A stretch of DNA of 64,000 nucleotides, from the NCBI GenBank assembly GCA_043228905.1, contig JBHGNT010000012.1, positions 18,104,001 through 18,168,000 on the forward strand, read 5' to 3'. The notes beneath the pieces are model-generated. The model was not told the origin of the DNA, made no database searches, and saw only the letters and a list, made by a program, of their open reading frames with translations. Of this stretch, positions 35,189-48,070 are shown one piece after another (within the stretch, counting starts at the first letter, position 1; the number at the start of each line of letters is the position of its first letter). The DNA is from Azolla caroliniana (Eukaryota; Plantae; Polypodiophyta). The position numbers and the translations under genes are program-made.

Positions 35189-38100
35189 TGTTGAGAGACA
35201 AGCTCAACATCGGCCGGATCGGCTGAAGAAGCCGAGGACCGGATTGGTTGGGACCAATTGGTTAGGCCGAATGCGTAAACCGGTACGCAGACCGGTGCGT
35301 AGGTAGGGCCAGATAGGTGCGCGTAAACCGGGAGGCCGTTAGGAAAGATATTCTGTGAGGAATATATTTGGGAGTTAGTGTAGGAGCTCTTAGTGAGCAT
35401 TGAAGTACTGTCAGTACTTCGGCCAGTCCTTCTAGGACTTGTATAAAAGTGTTCATTGAACACACATATGTATAGAGAATGGTGAATAGAGTTTTTTGAA
35501 TATAGTTATTGTATTTTCTCTCTATCACTCTCTCTGTCTCTCTGTCTCTCCCGCGTATACTGCGTAAGCTCAAGCTCTCCATTAAACCTGTGTTTTCTTC
35601 CTTCTGTTCGGTTTTCATACTTGCTTCCGCACGTTACTCTTTACATGGTATCAGAGCGCGAGGGTTGAGAACCTCTCTGCAGCCGACACAGCTTGACGAA
35701 GAAGAACAAGAAGAATGATGGATAGAGGCATGGCGAGCTCGCTTCCAACAGAGAAGCTCGACAGAACCAACTACGCATCTTGGTCCTACAAGATGCACCA
35801 GTACCTGCTCGGGCATGGCTACTGGAGTTATCTCGAAGGAGCTAATGACGCGGCACCCGAATCGACACACAGAGACTTCCCGTCGTGGGAGCAATCGGCG
35901 AGCAGGGTATTATACTGCTTCGCGTCGTGTGTGGGCGAACAACTATTGAGCTATGTTCGGGATGCAAAGACGCCGAAGGGTGTGTGGGAAAATCTGAAGA
36001 AGATTTTCGCCGCGAGCACCACAGCCAGGAAGCTTCAGCTCCGACAGGAGTTGAACAACCTACGACAACGCAACTTGTCGGTGGCAGACTATACCTCGAA
36101 GATCAAGGATATCTGCGACTCCCTCGCCTCCATAGAGGTGAACATCGAGGAGAGCAAGATGGTCCAGATCTGTCTCGGAGGTTTGGCGTCGAAGTTCGGA
36201 GCGTTCCGAACGGTTGTGTGTACCTGGGAGAATACGCCGTCCTTTTTCGACTTACAGTCAATGCTCCTGGTAGAGGAGAACCACGTGGGTGTGTCTACAA
36301 GCACACACACCGACAACAGAATGTTGTACACGGAGGGAGATAGGCCCCGTGGACATGGAGGATGAGGCGAGTCGGCGCGCAATGGAGGCGGCCGACAAGA
36401 TCAAGGAAGAAGGCACCGAAATGATGCCGACAACAACTCCGGACCCTCCGGAAACAAGGGGAGTCAAAGCGATGAGAACCGGCAAGGGAAGGCCATCGCG
36501 GAGTGCTGGTACTGTGGCAAGAAAGGGCACAGGGAAAGTGAGTGCTGGAAGAAGCGCGCCGATTCGGAGAGAACCGGTTCCGGAAACGGCTCCGGACATA
36601 CCGACAAGGGAAATCGGCAACAGTCGCACTACGCCGAAGACTCCGGGAGAGCCGGAGAAGGGTCTGTCTTCGTGACGAGACACGAAGCAAACTCAATGAA
36701 ACGGACCACCCCGAGATCGGACGAGGTGTTGTACGTAGACTCCGGCGCGTCGAACCACATGACGAGTCATAAGGAGTGGTTCTCGTACCTTGAAAAACCG
36801 ATAGAACTTGGAGTAGTCGCAACTGGAGACGATACTCCGCATCTAATCGCGAATGTCGGAGAAGTTCCCCTTAGCCATGTCGGGCAGAAAGGGAAACTCA
36901 TGAACATGCTGCACGTTCGGACAATCACGAAGAACTTGGTCTCGGTCGGACAGATTGTCAACCAAGGGATGGAGGTTCGGTTTACACACCTCGGGTGCTT
37001 CATTGAGGAAGAAGGCCGTGTGATTGCGCAAGGGCGCAGAGACGGGAGGATGTTCATCCTCGATTCCACTGACGGCGACACCGCAATGTTCGCGAAGGGA
37101 CAAAAATCCGAGTCGGACATCGATTTGTGGCACAAGCGGATAGGCCACGTCAACTATTAGCGGCTTCACGATCTGCAATCAAAACAGGTAGTGTTAGGAT
37201 TGCCCAAATTTAGTGGCCGAAAGGCACAAATTTGTGAAGCCTGCCAGCTCGGGAAGCAACACCGACTTCCTTTCCCCAACGAGCGAAATCGGAGCCGGAA
37301 CAAGCTCGACCTTATACACTCCGATGTATGGGGGCCGGCACAAAACGTTAGTCTTGGCGGGAGCCGATATTTCGTCTCCTTCATTGACGACCACACGTGG
37401 CACACGTGGATCTACCTCATTGAGAGGAAGAGAGAAGTCTTCGACTATTTCCGGGACCTCAAAGGGTTCGTGGAAACAGAAACGGGACGAAAGATCCAGT
37501 GCCTACGGTCGGATGGCGGGAAAGAGTACTTTTCTGGTCAATTCAACGGTTATCTACAACAAATGGGAATTCGGCGCGAATTCAGTTGTAGATACACGCC
37601 GGAGCAGAACGGCGTGGCCGAGAGGAAGAATCGGTCGATTGTGGAAGCGGCACGGGCAATGCTGGAGGAGAAGAGCTTGCCCAAGTTCTACTGGGCCGAG
37701 GCGGTAAGGACCGCAGTATACATCCAGAACCGGATCGGAGACAAAGTGTCGGCGCACGAGCTATGTTTCGGAATGAAGCCGAACTTGCGACACTTGAGGG
37801 TGTTCGGTAGCATTGCGTATGTGCATGTACCGAAGGAGAAAAGGAGGAAGCTCGGCCGTGCATTCCCCGCGCAGGAAGCCGAGGAGACGGCTTACGCGCA
37901 AAGAGAAAGGGAAGAAGGTGTCGGATTCTGGCACGGATAGGAATGAGTCAGACCGACACGAGTTCGACTCCGAGGGAACCGGTGACGGGTCTTTAAAGGT
38001 GAAGTCCACGTCGACCGAGAAGGCCTCGACATCGGCTAATGCTAGATTATGCCGATCTACCCGCAAGAAGAACCCTGTTTTGTGGTTCGGATACAACGAG

Positions 38101-40678
38101 TACATGGCGCATCATTATGCATACATGACCCGTGTAGCGGAAGTGCGTGAGCCGGAGAGCTACGCAGACGCGGCTAAAGACGCGAATTGGCGTGCCGCGA
38201 TGGGGGAAGAGATGCACGCATTGGCGGAGAACGAGACCTGGGACCTGGTTGGCGCACCAACATGGGTAAATCCGATCGGGTGTAGGTGGGTGTACAAGGT
38301 CAAGTACAACACCGATGGCTCGGTCAACCGGTACAAGGCTCAGCTAGTGGCAAAGGGCTACGCGCAAAAACACGACATCAACTACGATGAGACATTTGCG
38401 CCGGTCGCGAAAATGACGACCGTTCGTGTTTTGCTCGCAGTAGCTGCGGCGAAGGGGTGGCACTTACATCAGATGGATGTAAAGAATGCGTTCCTGCAAG
38501 GTGACCTTGAGGAACAGGTGTACATGGTACAACCCCCTGGATTTCACTCTGGAACGAACTCCTCGGCAGTATGCCGACTAAAGAAGTCCCTTTATGGACT
38601 GAAGCAAGCCCCGCGTGCCTGGAACGCGAAGATCACGCAACAACTGCGTCGGATGGGCTTCGTCACGTTAAAATCGGACTCTTCCCTGTTCATTCGGAAA
38701 GGTCGACTCGGACCGGTTAGTATTTTACTATATGTTGATGACTTGGTCATCACCGGCGCCGACCTCAGTGAAATCGACCGCGTGAAGCTCCAGCTTGCGG
38801 CATCGTTCGACATGAAGGATCTGGGGGACCTTCATTACTTCCTCGGGATCGAAGTGATCCGTACCCCCGAAGGCATATTGATCAGCCAACGTCATTACGT
38901 GTTGAGTATGCTCTTCAAATTCGGGATGGCCGACTGTAAGTTTGTCTCGACTCCTCTGGACAGAACCGTCAAGCTTCGTCACGATACGGGAAAGGTATGC
39001 GTCCCAACGAGGTTCCGACAAATTGTCGGAAGCCTCATATACTTGACCATCACCCGACCCGACCTCAGTTATCCGGTCGGAGTGATCAGTCAGTTCATGG
39101 CGCGACCTACCGAGGAGCACCTTCAGTGTGCGCAATGCATACTTCGGTATGTTAACGGCACTAAGGATCGGGGACTACTATATCGGACTGGTGCAGCCGT
39201 GCAGTTAGTCGGCTACACCGATGCTGATTGGGCTGGAAACGCCGCCGATCGCCGATCCACGTCTGGATACGTGTTCTCCCTCAGGAGTGCCGCGATCGTG
39301 TGGAGTAGTAAGAAGCAATTGACAGTTGCACTGTCGAGCATCGAAGCTGAGTACCGAGGAGCGGCTGTCGCGACATGCGAAGCCATATGGTTGAAGCGGC
39401 TACTTAAGGACCTGCAAGAGGAGGTGTCCGATCCAACGACGATCTACTGCGACAACCCCAGCAACATCCAACTCGCGAAGAACCCCGTCTTCCACGCACG
39501 GACCAAGCACATTGAGGTGCACTACCATTTCGTCCGTGAGCGTGTCCTTTCCGGTGAAGTCGAACTTCAGTACGTTCGACGGATCGGCAGACTGCCGACA
39601 TCTTCACCAAGCCTCTTGGTCTGGACAAGTTGCGGCAATTCTCAGGTGCGCTCGGATTGCGTCACCTCGACGTGCCAAACTTGAGGGGGAGAGCAGTCCC
39701 GAACGACCAAGCAAGGCAGCAGGAAAGGAGCGGAGACCGCGACACCACCGAGTCGGTTGACTCAGTTGTCGAGTTCGACTTCGGATCGGCTGAAGAAGCT
39801 GAGGGCGGACCCGCAGAAAAGTTCGGAAGAGGACAGAAGGGGAGCAACCGAAGGAGAGAGCCGAAGCCAACCACGCATGGGGAAGATGACGCCACCAAGG
39901 GCGAGAAGACCGAAGACGAGTTGGAGACAGCCAACTCGGACGAGAGCGAAAACCGATCCGAGGTAGCTGAGTCGGTTCGGATGTTTGATTCAGACACGTT
40001 GAATCAACCGAGGCCCAAGTGGAAGAAAAGGCAGCAGAAGAAGCATCAACACCGCAACAGCAGAAGAGCTGATGAGGGCCACATGAGCAGACAAGCCGAC
40101 CGGAAGAGTCGAAGCGCGCGGACTCGAACAGGTCGTGGAGCGCGAGTGAGGCGTGAAGCCAGGAGGAACCGGAGCTGTGAGCCCGAAGATCCCGAAGAGC
40201 CTCAAGTTGAGCTTGAGGGGGAGTGTTGAGAGAGAAGCTCAACATCGGCCGGATCGGCTGAAGAAGCCGAGGACTGGATCGGTTGGGACCGATCGGTTAG
40301 GCCGAATGCGTAAACCGGTACGCAGACTAGTGCGTAGGTAGGGCCGGATCGGTGCGTAAACCGAGAGGCCGTTAGGAAAGATATTCTGTGAGGAATATAT
40401 TTGGGAGTTAGTGTAGGAGCTCTTAGTGAGCATTGAAGTACTGTCAGTACTTCGGTCAGTCCTTCTAGGACTTGTATAAAAGTGTTCATTGAACACACAT
40501 ATGTATAGAGAATGGTGAATAGAGTTTTTTGAATATAGTTATTGTATTTTCTCTCTATCACTCTCTTTGTCTCTTTGTCTCTCCCGCGTATACTGCGTAA
40601 GCTCAAGCTCTCCATTAAACCTGTGTTTTCTTCCTTCTGTTCGGTTTTCATACTTGCTTCCGCACGTTGCTCTTTATA
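35189..40678 (+). mobile_element. Element H: Ty1/copia of the G/J family, LTRs 35189-35645 and 40224-40678, TSD GTCTT, inserted in the leader of G
   Basis: Direct repeats, PBS TGGTATCAGAGC at 35646, PPT at 40212-40223. GTCTT at 35184-35188 and 40679-40683. Confidence 0.95.
35715..40229 (+). pseudogene. gag-pol of element H (stops, integrase deletion near 37850, frameshift near 39575) with a long charged C-terminal extension
   Basis: ORFs 35715-36365, 36672-37160, 37191-37940, 37813-39684 and 39630-40229. Confidence 0.9.
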
Positions 40679-41710
40679 GTCTTCAGTGTTGATGTCGGCT
40701 ATAGAGGTTCTCAACCCTCGCGCGCTGATACCATGAAAAACGAAGATGCAGAAGCATTAGACAACTGGCTCGGCTGGATAGCAACAAAGAGAGAGAGAGA
40801 GAGAGAGATTAATATACAGAAGGTACGCAGGAGAGACAGAGAAAGAGCAGAACAACTTGAATCTATTATCAACAACTCTGTAAAATTCTCTGTCTATACA
40901 ACTTGCTCAACATCACTATTTATACAAGTCCTAAGAGAACTGATAGAATTATAGTGTACTTCAATGCTCACACGAGCCTCTGACACTAACTACGAGACAT
41001 TAACTACCTAGTAGTCTAGGCTGCTACTAGGCTTCTGGTTACTGCTTGATCCGGCTAACCGGCTCACTTTCTCACCGGCTCGCCGATCCAGCTCAGGCTT
41101 ATTCAACCAATCCGGATCCGGTTGAGCTTGAACCCTGTGGCTCTAAGTTAGGAGACAGTAAACTTACCAGTAAACCAGGTCATTTCTTTAGAATTGTTTT
41201 TTCTATCATTATACTTTTACATGTAAATTCTCATATTAGAGCTTGATTGAGTGACATGGTTATCATGCATCACATGTAATGCATGAGCGCCAAATGGCAA
41301 ACATGCATTCCATGCATTGTATGTATGTCTTGTACCCTCACATGCATCATATGCATGGGGGCGTCTATAAAAGAGTGGATGAAAAAGATCAAAGGGGGAA
41401 GAGCTATGTATTAATCAAGAATTTAATAAGAAGAAAATTCGTTATCCAATTGATGATATATCTTGTTCCTCAAATCTAAAGTCAAGGGTTCAATCTTAAT
41501 TTCTCTCTCCATTTCAATCTCTCTCAATTTGAAGTCAAGCGTTCTATCTTTTCTCAATCTCTCTCTCTCTCTTTCAATCTATCTTAAATGCTTTCTCGCT
41601 AAAGCTAGTACAAACTTCGAATCCTTCCGGTCTAGAACCCCGGCAGTTCCACCTCACGATCCGCACATAGTGATGGATTTTTCATGACATAATTAAGTGG
41701 TGAACCCGAC

Positions 41711-42097
41711 GTGAAAGAGGTGGTAGGAAGGATCAAGTCGAGGATAAACCAATACTTGGAGATGGCGTTCTCAAGCAATCAAGCAGGAGAGTTCGAAAGG
41801 ATGATGCTAATCATCGAACAAATGATGAGATCTCAAGACAACGATGCGAGCGTGGAGAAGGCCGTCGACCGTGTCATAGAGCTCGAGGGTCAATTTGATG
41901 GAAGGAACATTACGAAGTTCCTTGATGCATACAAAAGGGAGATGAATCAAAGGGATTTTTCCGAAGTGCGTCAAATTACAAGTTTCAAGAGAGTGGTCGC
42001 CAACAACATCCAAAGACGTGTCATCGAGCTTCAAGAAGACAAGACAACATGGTCCAAGTTCGAGGAAGCAATATTAGCGGAGTTCGCGACGGAAGAT
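41711..42097 (+). pseudogene. gag: gag N-terminus of the tRNA-Trp lineage, fused by deletion to the LTR 3' end
   Basis: AVDRVIELEGQFDGRNITKFLDAYKREM is similar to the gag of E, K and M. From 42098 the sequence duplicates 41464-41689. Confidence 0.8.
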
Positions 42098-45000
42098 TTG
42101 TTCCTCAAATCTAAAGTCAAGGGTTCAATCTTAATCTCTCTCAATCTAAAGTCAAGCGTTCTATCTTATCTCAATCTCTCTCTCTTTCAATCTATCTTAA
42201 ATACTTTCTCGCTAAAGCTAGTACAAACTTCAAATCCTTCCGGTCTAGAACCCCAGCGGTTTCGCCTCACGATCCACACGTAGTGACGGATTTTTCACGA
42301 CAGCAAGATTTACGGTTTTGAGCCCAAACGCAAGCCGAAATGGGGTAGATTGGATACTAGTCTTGGTAGGCAAAGAACATTTACAATGATAGGTTTTGCA
42401 CCATAATCTTCCTTTGGAATACTAAGATGCGTACATATTGGGACAATATCTTCAGTGTAGCAACATCAACAAAGCTTCAAGCTTGGAAAATTTCTAGTTA
42501 TTTGATGTCTAACAATGTCTTGTGGGATTCCCATCAGAACCCACAACAATGCTTCAACAATAGAAAATTTTAAAACTAAAGATTAAGGTTCATGATTGGA
42601 TGGATGGATAGAAGTAAGAATCTATGAGAATCATAGAGTTTTGACTATAATTCTGAAATTCGAGTACTACTTTTAGTCACTTAATGTTGAGATACAAGAT
42701 CAACATTGGCTGGATCGGCTTTGCAAGCCGAGTACCAGATTGGTTTGGACCAATCGGTTAGGCCGGATCGGTGCGTAAACCGGTGCATAAACTAGTGCAC
42801 AAACCGGTGCGCAACAAGAGGCCGGATCAGTGCGGAAACCGGGAGGCCGTTGAACAGATATTCCTCGAGGGAAAATATTTGGGAGATAGTGTAGGAGTTT
42901 AGTTATGAGCATTGAAGTACGTTTCAGTACTTTTGTTTGTCCGTATGGACTAGAATAAAAGTGCTCTCTAAGCACATCCTATGTATAAAGTTTTACACAT
43001 TATTTTGAATTCAGATTTTTCTGTGTGTTCATTCCCTCTCTGTCTCTCCCGCATACATTGTGTCTTAAGCTCTCCATTAAACCTGTTTTTCTCTGTCGGT
43101 ATTTTGTGTTTTGTATAGCTTCTGCACGCTACATTTAGCATGGTATCAGAGTGCGAGGGTTGAGAGCCTCTACAACTGACTTTAGCTTGAAACAAAAAAA
43201 AAAACCTAATCTCGGTGAAGAATGAAAAGGAAAAAATGGGTAGAGGTATGGCTAGTTCGCTTCCAACTGAGAAGCTCGATAGAAGTAACTATGCATCTTG
43301 GTCGTACAAGATGCACCAGTACCTGCTCGGACATCGATACTGGAGCTATGTCGATGGAGCAAATGATGCAGCACCCAAATCGACACATAGAGACTTCTCG
43401 GTCTGGGAACAGTCGGCGAGCAGAGTTCTCTTCTACTTCGTGTCTTGTGTGAGCGAACAACTCTTCAGCTACATTTGGGATGCAAGAACGCCGAAGGATG
43501 CTTAGGGAAATCTGAAAAAGTTTTCGCTACAAGCACCACAACCAAGAAGCTCCAACTCCGACAGGAGTTGAGCAATGTGCGTAAACGCGACATGACGGTA
43601 GCTGACTACATCTCCAAGATAAAGGATATCTGCGATTCCCTCGCCTCCATCGATGTGAATGTTGAGGAGGGCGAAATGATGCAGATCTGCCTCGGAGGAT
43701 TGGCGTCGAAGTTTGGAGCATTCCGAACTGCTATTTGTACAAGGGAGAATACGCCATCGTTTTTCGACTTGCAGTCGATGCTCCTTGTACAAGAGAATCA
43801 CGTGGGTGCGTCAACGAGTATACTTGCCGACTACAAGATATTGTACATAGAGGGAAATAGGCCCCGTGGTCGTGGCAAACGAGTCGAGTCGGCACCCAAT
43901 GGAGGCGGCCGACGGGAGCAAGGAAGAAGGCATCGTGGTGATGCCGACCACAATTTCAAACCCTCAAGAAGTAGGGGGAGTCAAGGAGGCAACGAGAACT
44001 AGAAAGGGAAACACATCGCGGATGCTGGTATTGTGGCAAGAAAGGCCAAAAGGAGAGTGAATGCTAGAAGAAGCGCGCCGATTCGAAGAAAACTGGATCT
44101 GGATCCGGGCGGACCAAATAAGGAAATCAGTAGCGGACGCACTACGTTGAAGGATCCGGTAAAGTCGGAAAAGGGGCAACCTTTGTGACAAGACACGAAG
44201 CGAACTGAATGAAGAAGATCACCCCGAAATCGGACGAAGTGTGGTACGTTGACTCTAGAGCGTCAAACCATATGACGAACCATAAAGAGTGGTTCTCATA
44301 TTTGGATAAACCGGAACAACCAGGAGTAGTCGCATCCGATCGTATATGTTGGTGAAGTTCCCCTCAGCCAAGTCGGGCAAAAAGGGAAGCTAATGAACGT
44401 TGTCGTGAAGAATTTCGTCCAGAGGTGGAAACCGGGAAACATTGGCTACATCGGCGGGGTGCAGCATGTGTGCTCACCCTTGTACATTTAGTGTGAATAA
44501 CGAGGGCGCCTTTATGGCGCCGAAGAGTAGTTAAGTCGGGATTTATCCCACATTGTAACGCATCCCTCTCCTTGTTCTATAAAAGGAAGGGAGCGCCCTT
44601 TGTGAAGGGGTTGCCGATTTTGGCGTTAGAGGGTATACCGTTAGATTTAGGGTTAGTTACGCTTCTTCTTCTTCCCCCTTCGTGTTTTGCTTAGGGTTTG
44701 ATTTGGCTCGGCCTCCTGTGCAAGACCCCGCTCGGCGCGACGAGCCGAGAGCTCCCCGACGGCAGCTTGACAGCAGACGACTGCTGTAACCTACCTTGGT
44801 CCGGCTTGAAGCCAGGAATGTATTCTTTTTTTTATATATATATATACGTTGCGTCTGTCTGTGTATATTCGCGTCTCTGTTGGTGTCGAGTGCTCCCCCT
44901 TTTCTTCGTTTCCTGTACATAAGGGTGTGAGTCGGGTCGGCATGTGTGTGTGTGTGCGTGTGTGTGCGTGAGTCGGTGTTAAGCGTGCGCTCCCTCTCTT

Positions 45001-45180
45001 TCTCTCTCTCCCTTCGGTCGTTTCCGGTATTCTTCTGGGATTCCCCGAAAACGGTAAAGCACGACTTCCTATGCTCCGTCACTCCCTAGTCCAAGACCCC
45101 CGTGGTCCCGCCTTTCTCCACGCACGCGCGTAATAACGCGACATCTTTGGTGAACCTGATGTGAAAGGCAGCAAGGGAGG

Positions 45181-46269
45181 ATGGAGTCGGAAGACGACGA
45201 ACTCGCGGTGATGGTGGCAGATGTGGTGTTGGAGTCGGCACGAGTGGTGATGAGGCGAGAAGCAGCGCAACAAGCGGTTGAGCGAGTGGTCGAAAGAGTC
45301 GGCCATTTCAACGGGGACAAAGTCCCATCTTACTTGGAAGCCTACAATGCGGAAATGGAGGAGCGTGGTGTAGACGAGTCATTGAGGCTGGAGTTCTTCT
45401 GTCGGGTTGTAGCTGTCCGGATGCATGCGGAAATAAAGGAGCTCCGTGAGGCTCATAGTTCGTGGGAGGCCTTCGAAGAGGCGCTCCTGAAGGCATACGG
45501 AGGACGGCGGAAGAGCCGGGGACGACACGACTTCGACCAGTGGGTAGCATCGGCAAAGACCCATCGGTTCCGAGAGTTCAAGCGACGGCTTGCTCGGCTC
45601 CCGGAGCGGGAACAAGGTTTGGTGGGGACGGACAAGGTCCTATTGTTCGTCAGGTCAATCGACCGAGCGGAACGGGAGGCCATCGGGATTGAGCTCGAAG
45701 ATGATGACGGAGCGAATGGGCTTACGGAGGACTGGTCGAAGGTCGGAAGGGTGTGCCAACGGCTAGATGATGAGCGAGCCGAGAAGGCTAAGAGGAAGGG
45801 GCGCGACGGCGTGCCATCACAGCGGGAAGAGGCCGAACGACAAAGGGAGTTGGCAAGGATCGGCGTTGAGGCCCGGATTGCGGAGGCGTACGCAGCTCTC
45901 GAGGCGATGCTCGAGGAAGAGGAAAGATCGAGGCCGCAAGCTGAGACTGAGGAGTCGAACTTGCCCCACGCGACGACGGAAGATCGGTACGACGGTACCA
46001 CGGGAGAGGGTGCGGAACAAAACGCCCTCTCAACTTGCGGAGATAGAACGACCAAGGACGAGGCCGAGATACAGATCGCGGAACCGGATCATTGGGACCA
46101 GCGGTTTCGGGCGTCTCAGCCCGAAACCCCGGGAATCAGAGAAACAAGCCCAGGCGGGGCTTGTGCGATCGGTAAACAAGCCCAGGCGGAAACAAGTCCA
46201 ATCCTACAGGATCCCCACACCAGTCCGGAGGCCCCGGCAGTTCGTCCAACGTGGCAACGTGAGACCTAG
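45181..46269 (+). CDS. gag: gag-like protein (362 aa) with a low-complexity tail, element K
   Basis: AVERVVERVGHFNGDKVPSYLEAYNAEM...VLLFVRSID...GLTEDWSKV aligns by eye with the gag of M. Confidence 0.8.
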   Translation: MESEDDELAVMVADVVLESARVVMRREAAQQAVERVVERVGHFNGDKVPSYLEAYNAEMEERGVDESLRLEFFCRVVAVRMHAEIKELREAHSSWEAFEEALLKAYGGRRKSRGRHDFDQWVASAKTHRFREFKRRLARLPEREQGLVGTDKVLLFVRSIDRAEREAIGIELEDDDGANGLTEDWSKVGRVCQRLDDERAEKAKRKGRDGVPSQREEAERQRELARIGVEARIAEAYAALEAMLEEEERSRPQAETEESNLPHATTEDRYDGTTGEGAEQNALSTCGDRTTKDEAEIQIAEPDHWDQRFRASQPETPGIRETSPGGACAIGKQAQAETSPILQDPHTSPEAPAVRPTWQRET

Positions 46270-48070
46270 GGAGAAGGCTGGTGGCGACAGGAGAACGGGA
46301 CCCGGCAATATGGAGAAGGACGAACGGACCCGGACGAGAACCGGACGGAGCGGACTCCCGGATGACCATTCTGGGAGGGAGGAAGAGAGCAGGCCTACGG
46401 AGAGGCCGAGGAGACGGTACGTCGGTACCACGGGAGAGGGTGCGGTACCACGGGACAGGGTCAGGAAGACGGATGGGCGGCCCAAGGAGGATCCTTCACA
46501 CAGGTTCTAGAGACTTGGGCAGTCGGCAACGCGGCCGACATAAGACCAAGATACTGACGGTCGGTGAGGTGACGAAGGAAAGGGCTACGGATGGGCGGCC
46601 CAAGGAGGATCTTTCACACCGGTTCTAGAGACTTCGGCAGTCGGCAACGCAGCCGACATAAGACCAAGATACTGACGGTAGCGGCGAGGTGACGAAGGAA
46701 AGGGCTACGGATGGGCAGCCCAAGTAGGATCCTTCACACCGGTTCTAGAGACTTCGGCAGTCGGCAACGCAATCGACGTAAGACCAAGATACTGACGGTG
46801 GCGGTGAGGTGACGAAGGCAAAAGGGCTATGGATGGGCGGTCTACGGAGATCCTCACACCGATTCGGCGGTCGGCCCGAGAGCCAGCGTGAGTCCTATAG
46901 GGAAGATCGTGGGTGGCAGGAGAACATGATCGGACGACAGGAGGCGACGAACGGCAAGGAGGTATCAGGCCGGCGAGGCGGCCACGAACCAAATCGGACC
47001 TTCCGGCAAGGTTAGTGGGCGTAAGGAAGTCGGGTCCTACGGGATCCCCACACTTAACCAGAGACTCTGGCAGTTCGGCCAACGTGGCAACATGAGACCG
47101 AGAGAGAAGGTTGGTGGCAACGGGAAACGGGACCCGACTACGCGGAAGAGACGAGGAGAGTCGTGAAGGACTCCGACAAAAGACACCCAGATCTCGGCAA
47201 GCGATGAAACAAAGACACGTCCTATGGGACCCTCACACCGATCCGGAGACTCCGGCAGTTCGGCCAACGTGGCAACATGAGACCTAGGGAGAAGGACGGT
47301 GGCGGCAGGGAACGGGACCCAATGACACGATGCAGCGGATCGAGAGTCGGTAAGACGGGGCAGACGAAGTGCGAAACCCTCACCGGCCGGTTACGGTTTC
47401 AGAAGTAGCTGGTAGGGGCAAACACAAGGAGGTGTGTCGGGCCGGAAAGGCACACCTAGGACGGAATAAGAGTCTCGCCAGTGGCCATTGCGGGCTGGAT
47501 CAAAGCATGACTACGGGACAACGTTCGGCGCAGGCGGTGCCGAACAAAGGAATCGGAAGACGACACAAGGGAGGTGCCGGGAACGAAGTGACGGGTGCCT
47601 AGTGGACTGCACAGGGTCGGAGTCAGGGGATGGCAAGAGAGGCCAGAGGAGGATCCTCCACACTCGCTTCATAGATCTCGGTAGCTCCGTCGAAGTAGCG
47701 AAGACTGACACGGCAAGCCCAGGGGTGACAAGCTGGTGGGGGCGAGGGGACGACGGCAAGCGGAAGACTCAGGACCTGTTGCAGCAGCACGAAGACAGGA
47801 AGGGCCAAGCGGGCTACCACGGGGTGTTCCTCGAGTGCGGAGGACACCAGTATGCGGGTGAGCGGCGACGCACGATCTGGCCGGGAAAGGGGCCGACAAG
47901 GCGTGAAATGAACCGGAGTACGGCACAGGCGGTGCCAAACAACGGACGAGGGTATGGGGCGCACAGAGGTGCTAGAGCAGAAAGGCGAGCGCGGAGATAG
48001 GTTGCGCGGTTCGGAGGTACCACGTAGAAGGCCTGAGAAGGATCCTCCACACCGTTCCGGAGACCATGGC
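46200..48070 (+). repeat. Internal tandem array of K: about 120-bp units at 46468-46860 plus diverged copies sharing a GGATCCYCACACC core
   Basis: The core recurs near 46210, 46490, 46608, 46728, 46848, 47042, 47228, 47651 and 48040. Confidence 0.85.

Larger units (their letters stand above)
25382..41130 (-). mobile_element. Element G: decayed Ty1/copia (5' LTR 40734-about 41130, PBS 40722-40733, 3' LTR remnant 25382-25448), interrupted by I and H
   Basis: The LTR remnant matches about 41070-41130. PPT CTCCCCCTCAAG at 25449-25460. gag at about 34230-35150 and pol fragments at 25813-28850 are homologous to H and J. Confidence 0.85.
4336..42302 (+). mobile_element. Element C: tRNA-Trp gypsy lineage host element in pieces. 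Integrase tail 4336-4412 and 19791-19950, PPT about 20007-20023, LTR 20024-about 20265 and about 41190-41689, PBS 41698-41714, gag start, LTR 3' end 42098-42302
   Basis: ARRWFGSYVVTSVNDNATYHLAELD|GSRLAIPIAGKRVKIFKK is rejoined across element D. The LTR pieces match the reverse complement of solo LTR 11071-12149. Linking the 20024 and 41190 pieces into one LTR is inference. Confidence 0.65.

Noticed and set aside
46468-46860. CRISPR-like array
   Set aside because: Units are whole tandem duplicates without unique spacers, there are no cas genes, and the context is a eukaryotic TE.
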